Below, in pieces: positions 46,677 through 55,068 of a DNA stretch of 64,000 nt. This DNA is from a virus, in the IMG/VR virus record IMGVR_UViG_3300042564_002372, positions 45,828-109,827 of that record; one strand, written 5' to 3'. A program made the translations under genes and the position numbers. The notes beneath the pieces are model-generated. The model was not told the origin of the DNA, did not search any database, and saw only the letters and a program-made list of their open reading frames with translations. Position 1 is the stretch's first letter; each line of letters opens with the position of its first letter.

Positions 46677-46918
46677 AACCTCAACTAAAAGAACACATGA
46701 AAAATATGACAAGTTTTATTGCATTGATGCTCTCGTTTTACATATTTGTGTATTACATGATCACATTTGCAATGATAATTACATGGAGAACATTTGATCT
46801 CCATCCATCTCTTGGCTTTTTGGCTCATGTAATAGCTTCACTAGTGATCCTATTAACAATATACATGTATGAGCCACGTAAAGATAAAGATGATAAAACT
46901 CACAGAAGAAGAGATTGA
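46673..46918 (+). CDS. Membrane protein (2 TM)
   Basis: Two hydrophobic helices. Confidence 0.55.
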   Translation: MKPQLKEHMKNMTSFIALMLSFYIFVYYMITFAMIITWRTFDLHPSLGFLAHVIASLVILLTIYMYEPRKDKDDKTHRRRD

Positions 46919-47036
46919 GAACTTTAGAGCAATTGCTGACAAGTTCAATGTCAAATTTGATGTAAAACAAGTAAAAAACAATTATTATGTTACAGCCCCT
47001 GAGGATAAACTAATCCAATGGGGCTATTACGAATAA
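46890..47036 (+). CDS. Hypothetical protein, 48 aa
   Basis: Manually translated MIKLTEEEIENFRAIADKF...QWGYYE. Confidence 0.5.
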   Translation: MIKLTEEEIENFRAIADKFNVKFDVKQVKNNYYVTAPEDKLIQWGYYE

Positions 47037-47040
47037 AATT

Positions 47041-47184
47041 ATGAGCGCATTTACAGAGGAAGAAATAAACACTCTCATAGAATTGTGGCGTGATAAGCTT
47101 ACAATCAAAGAGATGGCATGGACAATGAAAAAGAAGCCTACACAAGTGTATTATCAGCTTAAGAAGCGTTCATTAGTAGGGTAA
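47041..47184 (+). CDS. Small HTH protein, 47 aa
   Basis: FTEEEINTLIELWRDKLTIKEMAWTMKKKPTQVYYQLKK, a GcrA/Myb-like HTH pattern. Confidence 0.55.
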   Translation: MSAFTEEEINTLIELWRDKLTIKEMAWTMKKKPTQVYYQLKKRSLVG

Positions 47185-47239
47185 AATAGATAGGGTTTGA
47201 TGTTAATCTAAGTCGCCAGTGCTTTCCAGTGGCAAATTT

Positions 47240-47376
47240 AGTCAGGTGGCGGAAAGTGTGCCCTGTTATTACGGGAAGTACATAGGAAGACGCTAATCAC
47301 GGAAACCTAGTGAGGTAGTGAACGCAAGTGAAAGATGTCTGCGGATATCATGCATGTTCGAATCATGCCCTGACTA
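47240..47376 (+). ncRNA. tRNA-like RNA 1 (137 nt, no anticodon loop)
   Basis: Acceptor AGTCAGG/CCTGACT, D-stem GCG/CGC, T-arm GCATG-TTCGAAT-CATGC; insertions in the D-loop and anticodon region; no CCA. Confidence 0.7.
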
Positions 47377-47392
47377 CTAAAAATTAAAAGTT

Positions 47393-47494
47393 ATGAATAA
47401 AGAAGAAATTAAAGAATGGATTGACAGATGGTCAAAACTAGAACCATCCCCTAAAAGGGATGCTATAATTAAGATTTGGTCTAGGCTTCTGTAA
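47393..47494 (+). CDS. 33-aa peptide between the two tRNA-like RNAs
   Basis: MNKEEIKEWIDRWSKLEPSPKRDAIIKIWSRLL with A-rich leader. Confidence 0.45.
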   Translation: MNKEEIKEWIDRWSKLEPSPKRDAIIKIWSRLL

Positions 47495-47500
47495 TTAAAT

Positions 47501-47609
47501 AGTCAGGTGGCGGAATTGGTAACGCACATACAACGAAGGGTGTGTACAGCCCAACCATAAAGAGAGTTGTATGGTGGTATAAATGTGGGTTCGAATCCTA
47601 CTCTGACTA
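47501..47609 (+). ncRNA. tRNA-like RNA 2 (109 nt, enlarged anticodon arm)
   Basis: AGTCAGG/TCTGACT acceptor, GCGGAATTGGTAACGC D-arm, CATACAAC/GTTGTATG stem around a 31-nt insert, GTGGG-TTCGAAT-CCTAC T-arm. Confidence 0.75.
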
Positions 47610-47628
47610 CACACTAAAAACAAAACAC

Positions 47629-47790
47629 ATGGAACTACTAATTAGCATACTAATTGTCACCAGCATTTCTACATTCATTGCTGTATTTTGGATAAAAGGC
47701 ATAAACGACATGCATGAAAATTATCCTGATTACAAAGGAGAAGATTTGTTTGATGAAGATTTGAATAAAAATAAACAAACAAACACATGA
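47629..47790 (+). CDS. Single-TM small protein
   Basis: MELLISILIVTSISTFIAVFWIKGI...; start moved downstream of the tRNA-like element. Confidence 0.55.
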   Translation: MELLISILIVTSISTFIAVFWIKGINDMHENYPDYKGEDLFDEDLNKNKQTNT

Positions 47791-47993
47791 AACAGACAGC
47801 AGTAGATTGGTTGTTCAACAGACTATGGGAAACACCAAAAGATAAGTTTGCATGGCAAAGTATTTTAAAAGAAGCCAAAGAAAGAGAAAAGATGCAAATT
47901 GAGAGAGCAAATTTAAACGGTGCCTCTGCTACTCTTTTGCACAAATTTGAATTAGGAAAGTATTATAACGAAACATACGGAGAAGATGCCTGA
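47787..47993 (+). CDS. Hypothetical phage protein
   Basis: MKQTAVDWL...AKEREKMQI...YYNETYG, a pattern recurrent in Bacteroidota phages. Confidence 0.65.
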   Translation: MKQTAVDWLFNRLWETPKDKFAWQSILKEAKEREKMQIERANLNGASATLLHKFELGKYYNETYGEDA

Positions 47994-48183
47994 CATAACA
48001 ATGTGCCCAGGGACAAATTGTCCCCAGAAAGAAAATTGCTACAGATTTACAGCAAAACCTAGTGACTACCAATCTTATTTTATGGAGTCACCCATCAAAG
48101 ATGGTAAGTGTGATTACTATTGGGGAGAGAACGCAGAGAGAATCTGGAATCAACTCAACAATATTGTAAAAGGAAAAGAATAA
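47986..48183 (+). CDS. Small Cys-containing protein
   Basis: DITMCPGTNCPQKENCYRF...CDYYW. Confidence 0.65.
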   Translation: MPDITMCPGTNCPQKENCYRFTAKPSDYQSYFMESPIKDGKCDYYWGENAERIWNQLNNIVKGKE

Positions 48184-48217
48184 ATGTCCAGTTTTAATCG
48201 CTGGACATTTTTATTTT
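48182..48217 (+). terminator. Intrinsic terminator
   Basis: AAATGTCCAG...CTGGACATTT followed by T-runs. Confidence 0.7.
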
Positions 48218-48223
48218 AGCACT

Positions 48224-48448
48224 ATGGAAATCTATTTAGGAAAACAAGCGAAAAGTCTATTCTATGGTAGAGATGTTCCTATTAATTCAATAGGAGTGTT
48301 TCAAACTATAGGAGGAGACTGGTTGTATTGGTTCAATGATAATTGGACGTATGATACAGGGGTGGCTGACACAGAAGTGGAGGCAATGGAAACAGCAAAA
48401 AAGAATTTTAGACCGTACAAAAAACCAAACAATGATGAAACTATTTAA
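48224..48448 (+). CDS. Hypothetical protein
   Basis: 74-aa ORF in the operon. Confidence 0.6.
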   Translation: MEIYLGKQAKSLFYGRDVPINSIGVFQTIGGDWLYWFNDNWTYDTGVADTEVEAMETAKKNFRPYKKPNNDETI

Positions 48449-48593
48449 AGCAAACAAAGGAATTAAAAGAACAGGAGATTTAGCACCAAGAGGTGTAAAA
48501 AGCACAATTAGAGGAAACTACGGTTTCAATGAAGTAATGGAACATATATTTAACGAAGCAAGAAAACCAGATCCATCATGGAAAAAGAAATGA
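48435..48593 (+). CDS. Small basic hypothetical protein
   Basis: Start reassigned to MKLFKANK. Confidence 0.45.
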   Translation: MKLFKANKGIKRTGDLAPRGVKSTIRGNYGFNEVMEHIFNEARKPDPSWKKK

Positions 48594-48817
48594 ACACCTA
48601 CAAGCATTGGGTAAATCTACATCTAGATAAGGACAATGCAGACAAATTCTTTGCTAATATGGCAAGTCAAAGACCAGTGTTAGATCCTTCAGGAGAAGTG
48701 TTAGAAGATGAATTTATCTATTCAGCATTTCTTTGGGAAAAATCAAACGAGGGTCATGACTATTGGCAAAATATTCAAGAAAAACTAGAGCAAGATAATG
48801 GGTGGGTCGTTATTTGA
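48578..48817 (+). CDS. Hypothetical protein
   Basis: SAFLWEKSNEGHDYW motif. Confidence 0.6.
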   Translation: MEKEMNTYKHWVNLHLDKDNADKFFANMASQRPVLDPSGEVLEDEFIYSAFLWEKSNEGHDYWQNIQEKLEQDNGWVVI

Positions 48818-49316
48818 TATGAGACATCTCATGTGGTTAGAGGCTAACTTAAAGGTTAGCTTCTACCAACCTGAGAAGCTTGAGCAGGGTATGATCTTTA
48901 TGAATAGTTTATACCCAGGAACAGACAGAGAGTTTGTTGAGCTATGGTTGCTTGAAGAAGACATCATTGAAGAAGAGTATGACAACTTTATAAACAAGAA
49001 TGGTTTTCCTGTTGAGATGATGGTTACACTAGAGATGAAAAATCCTGATGAGCCTGATTTAATTGTGGCATATCCGCCAGAAATAGGATGGATTCATCAA
49101 AATGACGATTCAATCAGAGAGTTTGATGTTGATGATGCCAATTGGATTATTCAGAATAATAATGGTGTGGTGCATGTATTGATTGATGAAGAAGCTTATG
49201 ATCAAGATGGTACAATCTACACTATCACAGAAGACCAAGAAGTGATTATGAAATACCAATTTGATGATGATATATATGACGATGATTATGATTGGGATGA
49301 ATACTTGGAAGAATAA
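48798..49316 (+). CDS. Highly acidic hypothetical protein
   Basis: D/E-rich, very few K/R. Confidence 0.65.
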   Translation: MGGSLFDMRHLMWLEANLKVSFYQPEKLEQGMIFMNSLYPGTDREFVELWLLEEDIIEEEYDNFINKNGFPVEMMVTLEMKNPDEPDLIVAYPPEIGWIHQNDDSIREFDVDDANWIIQNNNGVVHVLIDEEAYDQDGTIYTITEDQEVIMKYQFDDDIYDDDYDWDEYLEE

Positions 49317-49355
49317 CTAAAATTATGTATTTTACTAACGAAAAAAATTAAAACG

Positions 49356-49964
49356 ATGGCAGTAGAAATTTATTTAGAACCTGAACTAGAAGAGATGGTT
49401 GGTTCTGTAGAAGTAACAGAAGAGTGGAAGCAGCTTGCTGAAGAACTTGGTATGGAAGGTCAGTTGAAACTGATTACACCAAAGTCAGGAGAAGAAAGTG
49501 ATAAGAATCCTTCTCCATACATCCACATGAACGCTAAAGCAGAGCGTGTATTTGCAATCCTTTGTCCAGAAGTGGTTGATTACAAGAAGTATGACAAGTC
49601 TACTATCCCAAGAGATGTGCTCAGAGAAATTGCTATGGCTGAAAGACTCAAGTTCTTTGATAAGATTTGTATTTGGTATGATGATGCTTCTCCAGATCCT
49701 CTTGTAGTTGGTTACATCAAAGTGGGAAACTATGAATATGTAAAGCACATGATTGCTAGATTTGGTGATGAACTTCTTCCATTTGAAGAATTAGAACGTA
49801 AGTCAATCAACAGATTAAAGAAGAGAATGACAGATAAGCTGAAGTCTGCTCTATCTAGTATTGATTCTACAGTGGATGAGTTCTTCAATCCTACCAGATA
49901 CAATTCAGAAGTTTTGAGAATTGAGTTCAATGGTGTCACTTACAACCATAGATGTGGTAGTTAA
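49356..49964 (+). CDS. Hypothetical protein
   Basis: 202 aa coupled to the polymerase gene; WYDDASPDPLVVG motif. Confidence 0.7.
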   Translation: MAVEIYLEPELEEMVGSVEVTEEWKQLAEELGMEGQLKLITPKSGEESDKNPSPYIHMNAKAERVFAILCPEVVDYKKYDKSTIPRDVLREIAMAERLKFFDKICIWYDDASPDPLVVGYIKVGNYEYVKHMIARFGDELLPFEELERKSINRLKKRMTDKLKSALSSIDSTVDEFFNPTRYNSEVLRIEFNGVTYNHRCGS

Positions 49965-51931
49965 TGAATGTCTTAATCTATGACATAGAAACTCTAAAAG
50001 AAATGTTTCTCGTGGGGATTTATATTCCTCACGAGAATACATATCATGAGTTTGAGGTGAGCAAAAGCAAATATGATCTGGATAGGTTTGTAGAGTTCTC
50101 AGAGAAGTATAAAAACTTCTATTGGGTGGGCTATAACAATCTAAGATTTGACTGCCAAGTTGTTGAATGGATCTTGAGAAAGTGCCATGACTGGGGAGAA
50201 AAATCTAATCTAGAAGTAGCAGCCATGATTGCTCAGAAAGCGCAGGACGTTATTCATGATGCTAACTATGATGTGTTTGCTGAATATCGTGAAGAAGATC
50301 TTACACTCAAGCAGATTGATTTGTTCAAGATACATCACTTTGACAATAAGAATAGACGTGTTAGTCTAAAAAGACTAGAGTTTGAAATGGATCTTGAGAA
50401 CATTGAAGAGATGCCAATTCATCACACAAAGGTGGGAATGACTCTAGATGATAGAAAGCTCACACGTCAATATTGTAAGAATGATGTTATGGCCACTTAT
50501 GAATTCTATAAGGTGACCATAGGTGAAACAGATCATCCGTTGTACAAGGGTAATGATCAGATACAGCTTAGACTAGATATAGAGAAAGAGTTTGACATTC
50601 CATGTATAAACTATTCAGATAGTAAGATTGGTGATGAGATCATCAAGAAATACTATTGTGAAGAGAAGAGAATGGATGTTAAGACACTTCCTAGAAAAGG
50701 TCACTTTAGAAAATACATCTTCATCAGTCAATGTATTGCTCCGTATGTACAGTTCAAGACTGTCCAGCTCACTGAGTTTCTTAAGAAGATTAAGAAGATG
50801 CGTCTAGAGCTTACAGATGATTTCAAAGAACACATACACTTTTATGACAATGTGTATTCGTTCATGAAGGGTGGATTGCACACAGAAAACAAACCAGAAG
50901 TGTTTGAAGAGGATGAAGACCATTTGATCATTGACTGGGACGTTTCTAGCTACTATCCTGCCATCATCATCAACAACAAGCAGTATCCATATCATTTAGG
51001 AAAAGAGTTTCTTACAGGCTATAAAAAGATGTATGAGAAGCGTCTCGAACTAAAGCCTTTTGCAAAGAAGGATAAGAAGATTAAGGGTATTGTTGGTGCG
51101 TTGAAGCTTGCTGTAAACTCTGTGTATGGTAAATCTAGTGACATGAATAGTTGGATATATGATAGACAACTTACTATGTTTACAACCATCACAGGAGAAT
51201 TGTCCTTGATGATGCTTATTGAAGCGTATGAAACTAAAGACATACGTGTCATATCAGCAAACACTGACGGTGTTACAATTTACATCAACAAAAGCAAACT
51301 TGCTGAGATGGATAAGATTAATGCCTGGTGGTGTAAGATTACAGGATATGAACTTGAGAGAGCTGATTACAAGAAGATTATATTCTCAACAGTTAATGAC
51401 TACCTAGCAATCAAAACAGATGGAGAAATTAAAAAGAAAGGGGATTTTCTCACGGATTTTGAACTTCATAAGAACAAATCCGCCAGAATTGTCCCTCTTG
51501 CTCTTGAGCGTTACTTTGTTGATGGTGTTCCTATTGCTGAAAGCATTACTCTTCATAAGAATCCTTTTGATTTTTGCATAAGACAGAAATCAACAAGTGA
51601 TTTTCATTATGAAGGATATAGAAAAGGCATGGAACCATCCATTTACAATAAGCTTATTCGTTATTATGTAACAAGTGGTAGCGATGGTGAGAAACTATTG
51701 AAAATTAAGAACCAAGACTCACAGTCAACTGCACCAAACAGTTCACAAGTGGAGGCTGGTGATTGGTTATGCAAGGTGGTGAACTATCTTCCTGCAAGTA
51801 CAGATGTCAAATCAATGGATATCAACTATGACTATTACATTGATAAGGCTGAAAGTCTTGTGCTTAAGATTGTTACAAAAGGTAAGAAGCGAAAAGTAGA
51901 AAGAATCCCTAACCAAATTTCTTTATTTTAA
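49964..51931 (+). CDS. polB: DNA polymerase, family B
   Basis: Exo I YDIET, Exo II GYNNLRFD, Exo III YCKNDV; Pol motifs DVSSYYP, KLAVNSVYGK, ANTDG. Confidence 0.92.
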   Translation: MNVLIYDIETLKEMFLVGIYIPHENTYHEFEVSKSKYDLDRFVEFSEKYKNFYWVGYNNLRFDCQVVEWILRKCHDWGEKSNLEVAAMIAQKAQDVIHDANYDVFAEYREEDLTLKQIDLFKIHHFDNKNRRVSLKRLEFEMDLENIEEMPIHHTKVGMTLDDRKLTRQYCKNDVMATYEFYKVTIGETDHPLYKGNDQIQLRLDIEKEFDIPCINYSDSKIGDEIIKKYYCEEKRMDVKTLPRKGHFRKYIFISQCIAPYVQFKTVQLTEFLKKIKKMRLELTDDFKEHIHFYDNVYSFMKGGLHTENKPEVFEEDEDHLIIDWDVSSYYPAIIINNKQYPYHLGKEFLTGYKKMYEKRLELKPFAKKDKKIKGIVGALKLAVNSVYGKSSDMNSWIYDRQLTMFTTITGELSLMMLIEAYETKDIRVISANTDGVTIYINKSKLAEMDKINAWWCKITGYELERADYKKIIFSTVNDYLAIKTDGEIKKKGDFLTDFELHKNKSARIVPLALERYFVDGVPIAESITLHKNPFDFCIRQKSTSDFHYEGYRKGMEPSIYNKLIRYYVTSGSDGEKLLKIKNQDSQSTAPNSSQVEAGDWLCKVVNYLPASTDVKSMDINYDYYIDKAESLVLKIVTKGKKRKVERIPNQISLF

Positions 51932-51933
51932 CT

Positions 51934-52440
51934 ATGGAAGAGAAATCTTACACACAAATAGAAACACTACCTCCTGTTAATTTTATTCCTGTACATCGAA
52001 GATCAATGAAGATTCCAATCCAAAGAGGTAGCAGATACTTTGATCTGTCTGGTGTAGTGCATGTGGTGATATATTCTAAGCCAGATGTGATTAAGTTGAT
52101 GCCACTCAAGCATAATGCAATGGTTGATGTTTGGGAAGTGGATGAGTTTAAGAACCAAGTGAGGCTTTTAAAATTCACACATGTTCCACACCCTCCAATA
52201 AACAGAACTAATGTTTCAGAACATCTTCTGGAATACCAGTTCAACATTATTGGTAAGACAATGGCAAACACTGTTACAGAACAAGCATGGAAGAAAGAAT
52301 GGAAGTTGACCAAGAAGCAAAAAGAAATGTTCAAGAGCTATGCCCTTGGAATATTAAAAAAAGTTTTTAGATTCAATGGTGCAAAGGCTCGTGAGACGTA
52401 TGAGTTCTTTGATAAAAACTTTGGACTATTAACGCTTTGA
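51934..52440 (+). CDS. Hypothetical protein
   Basis: 168-aa ORF in the replication operon. Confidence 0.6.
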   Translation: MEEKSYTQIETLPPVNFIPVHRRSMKIPIQRGSRYFDLSGVVHVVIYSKPDVIKLMPLKHNAMVDVWEVDEFKNQVRLLKFTHVPHPPINRTNVSEHLLEYQFNIIGKTMANTVTEQAWKKEWKLTKKQKEMFKSYALGILKKVFRFNGAKARETYEFFDKNFGLLTL

Positions 52441-52443
52441 TTC

Positions 52444-52536
52444 ATGGCCAGTTTTCTTCTAATCTATTTTTTGTTTAGTACTGGATTGCTAATTGCACTA
52501 GTAGAATTTATAATTAAACACGATAGAAAACGATGA
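52444..52536 (+). CDS. Single-TM peptide, 30 aa
   Basis: MASFLLIYFLFSTGLLIALVEFIIKHDRKR; ATGA overlap with the next ORF. Confidence 0.4.
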   Translation: MASFLLIYFLFSTGLLIALVEFIIKHDRKR

Positions 52537-52709
52537 ACACAAACCAAGATTACGAACACGATCCAATTAGAGAAGCTGCAATTATACGCTTGCAGATGAG
52601 AGAAGAAGTGGAACAAGCAAACCACGAGTATGAGAAAATAAAACCTGCAAAAATCATCGTAACCACAGAGAAGAACAATGAAGTTCAATGTGACACCCTC
52701 CCATTTTGA
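52533..52709 (+). CDS. 58-aa protein ending in DTLPF
   Basis: Manually translated MNTNQDYEHDPIREAAI...EVQCDTLPF. Confidence 0.5.
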   Translation: MNTNQDYEHDPIREAAIIRLQMREEVEQANHEYEKIKPAKIIVTTEKNNEVQCDTLPF

Positions 52710-53301
52710 ACAACTTCTCAAACAATCCTATAGTCTAGATCACATTTTCTTATTGAAGCTTGTAGAGGCCAATATTGACATACAACCATTAACAGATGGA
52801 AGTATGAAGATAGCTGGCCTCTATCAGTCTTTGATCAGGAAAGGTCTTATCTCTGATGTAACACAAGAAGTTACACAGCTAGGAAGAGAGTTGTTGACAT
52901 TTGCTGATTCAGAAGTGAAACAGCCTATGAAAAAACTGAAGCAAAAATCATCAGACTTTGAAAATTGGTGGAATGCATTCCCATCTACAGACAACTTTGA
53001 GCACAAAGGAAAGAAGTTTCCTGGATCAAGAGCCTTGAAGAGAGCTAGAGAGGATTGTAGAATTAAATTCAATAAGATTCTTGCTGAAGGAGAATATGTG
53101 GCAAAGGACATCATTGATGCTACTAATCTAGATGTATATCTAAAGAAGGAAGCTTCTTTGCGAACAGGTGATAATAAGCTCAGCTTTTTGCAAAATAGTC
53201 TCACCTATCTTGCACAGAGAAGTTTTGAGCCGTTTATAGAAATGATTAAAACAGGAGTGGAAGTACCTAATGCACAAACAAAAAGATCAATTGATATATG
53301 A
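52678..53301 (+). CDS. Putative replication initiator/helicase loader-like protein
   Basis: N-terminal wHTH-like region, FENWWNAFP motif as in phage replication proteins; lies upstream of the DnaB-like helicase. Confidence 0.5.
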   Translation: MKFNVTPSHFEQLLKQSYSLDHIFLLKLVEANIDIQPLTDGSMKIAGLYQSLIRKGLISDVTQEVTQLGRELLTFADSEVKQPMKKLKQKSSDFENWWNAFPSTDNFEHKGKKFPGSRALKRAREDCRIKFNKILAEGEYVAKDIIDATNLDVYLKKEASLRTGDNKLSFLQNSLTYLAQRSFEPFIEMIKTGVEVPNAQTKRSIDI

Positions 53302-53681
53302 CTGCTAAATTTAAAAATGCATCATGTTTTCTCATGTTCTCAGCTCTGTCTGAAATAATGCTTGACATGTATGAACACGTAAAGCCACTGAGTCAATATG
53401 ACCCAGCATTACACACAAAGCTTATTAACTTAAAAGTGAACTTTGAGCGTGTTAGTAAGAAAGCATTTCTTATGTTCCCTGAAGAAGAGCAACTAAGCTT
53501 TATGAAGATGATCACTGTATTTGAAAAACTAATCGAATCGTCTAATGATGAGAAGAAGTTTTTCCAATTAATGGGACTCATTGAATCTTGGCAAAGTGGC
53601 ACTCTTACAGTGGTTAATACAAAAGAAGAATTGGTCAAGGTGGCTGATGATGTTAAGAATGATAAAATAGATATTCTATGA
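53298..53681 (+). CDS. Hypothetical protein
   Basis: 127 aa, coupled to its neighbours. Confidence 0.6.
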   Translation: MTAKFKNASCFLMFSALSEIMLDMYEHVKPLSQYDPALHTKLINLKVNFERVSKKAFLMFPEEEQLSFMKMITVFEKLIESSNDEKKFFQLMGLIESWQSGTLTVVNTKEELVKVADDVKNDKIDIL

Positions 53682-54760
53682 GTTTTGAAGCTCTTAAACG
53701 AGAAGTTGACAATGGTTTAAATGGTAGGAATAATGGTATTCCTATGGGGTTTCATCGTCTTAACAGATACATAGGCATTCGTAAGAGAATGTACTTTGTA
53801 ACAGGTGGTTTAACAGGCTCAGGCAAGACTAGCTTTGTTGATGATGCGTTTGTTTTGAATCCTTATGACTGGTATATCAGTCAGAAAGACCCAAAATTCA
53901 AACTTCGTATCATATATCGTTCAATGGAACGTAGTAGAACATACAAACTTGCTAAGTGGATATGTAGAAAGATCTTTCTGGATCATGGTTATATCATTCC
54001 TGTGAGTAAGTTGTTGGGCTGGACTGAGAAGATGACAAAGGATGAGCATGACATATTTCTATTGTACAAGCACTACATGGAACAGATGGATGATGTCATC
54101 ACCATTATAGATGGTCCAGAGAATCCTGTTGGTATTGCCAAAGACTTGAGAAGTCATGCAATGAATCATGGTGTTATTGAACAGCTTGACGAATACAACA
54201 AGATTTACATTCCTAATGATGAGAACGAAGTGACCATTGTTGTTGTAGATCACCTAGGATTGCTCAAGACTACCAAAGAGCTCACTACAAAGAAGCAAAC
54301 TATTGACAAGATGAGTGATGAACTCAGATATGCAAGAGACTTCTTTGGCTACACCATTGTAGCTGTGCAGCAGTTCAATCGTGACATATCTAATCCTATT
54401 AGAATCAAGAACGGTGATGTAGAACCACAGCTAGAAGACTTCAAAGAGTCATCAGTACCTCAAGAAGATGCTGACGTTGTGCTAGCACTATTTGATCCTA
54501 TGAGATACAAGGTGTCAGATCCCAGTGGTTACAATCTTGACAAGTTGATTGATGAATATGGTGGTAAGTATTTTAGATCACTAAGACTCATCAAAAATAG
54601 CTATGGTGAAGATGATGTAAGAATTGGTCTTGGCTTTCTTGGCCAGATAGGTATGTTCAAGGAACTTCCCAAGAGGAAGGATATTACAGATGTAGACTAT
54701 GAAAATGTCGTAAACAAAAGTTTCTTCTTAAATGATCAGCATAGCTCAACATTGCGATAA
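53678..54760 (+). CDS. Replicative DnaB-like (SF4) helicase
   Basis: Walker A GLTGSGKT, SME, VVVDHLGLL, QQFNR, DFKES..EDADVV. Confidence 0.85.
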   Translation: MSFEALKREVDNGLNGRNNGIPMGFHRLNRYIGIRKRMYFVTGGLTGSGKTSFVDDAFVLNPYDWYISQKDPKFKLRIIYRSMERSRTYKLAKWICRKIFLDHGYIIPVSKLLGWTEKMTKDEHDIFLLYKHYMEQMDDVITIIDGPENPVGIAKDLRSHAMNHGVIEQLDEYNKIYIPNDENEVTIVVVDHLGLLKTTKELTTKKQTIDKMSDELRYARDFFGYTIVAVQQFNRDISNPIRIKNGDVEPQLEDFKESSVPQEDADVVLALFDPMRYKVSDPSGYNLDKLIDEYGGKYFRSLRLIKNSYGEDDVRIGLGFLGQIGMFKELPKRKDITDVDYENVVNKSFFLNDQHSSTLR

Positions 54761-54878
54761 GTGTAAGAACATCACGAGTCACACCTTGAATAATGGTGTG
54801 ATTTTGTGTTTAAAGTGCAAAAAGCAAATGAAATTAAAGAACAATGAAACAAACAAGGAAAACAAAGAAAATAGATAA
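54732..54878 (+). CDS. Zn-ribbon peptide, 48 aa
   Basis: HCDKC...LCLKC, manually translated. Confidence 0.5.
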   Translation: MISIAQHCDKCKNITSHTLNNGVILCLKCKKQMKLKNNETNKENKENR

Positions 54879-55062
54879 AATACAGAAAATATGTTCTGAT
54901 TGTGCTTCTACTTCTGTATTAGTCCATGCAAATAAAAAATGGGATTTTAATAAACAAGAATGGATTGATAGAGAAATCAGTAGTTTTGGATATTGTGAGA
55001 ACTGTGAAGCTTCCGTATTTATTACAGATGTAAAAACTAATATAGGTTTTGGATTTATGTAA
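54844..55062 (+). CDS. Zn-ribbon protein
   Basis: CSDC...CENC. Confidence 0.55.
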   Translation: MKQTRKTKKIDKIQKICSDCASTSVLVHANKKWDFNKQEWIDREISSFGYCENCEASVFITDVKTNIGFGFM

Positions 55063-55068
55063 AAATTT

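Noticed and set aside
47240-47609. Canonical tRNA-Leu/Ser, group I intron-containing tRNA, tmRNA, or tRNA followed by a theta ribozyme
   Set aside because: No 7-nt anticodon loop; inserts are far too short for a group I intron or tmRNA; the 3' trailers are A-rich with no HDV-like fold.
47542-47628. N-terminal extension of the 82-aa ORF from GTG 47542
   Set aside because: It overlaps tRNA-like RNA 2; the ATG at 47629 has the typical leader.
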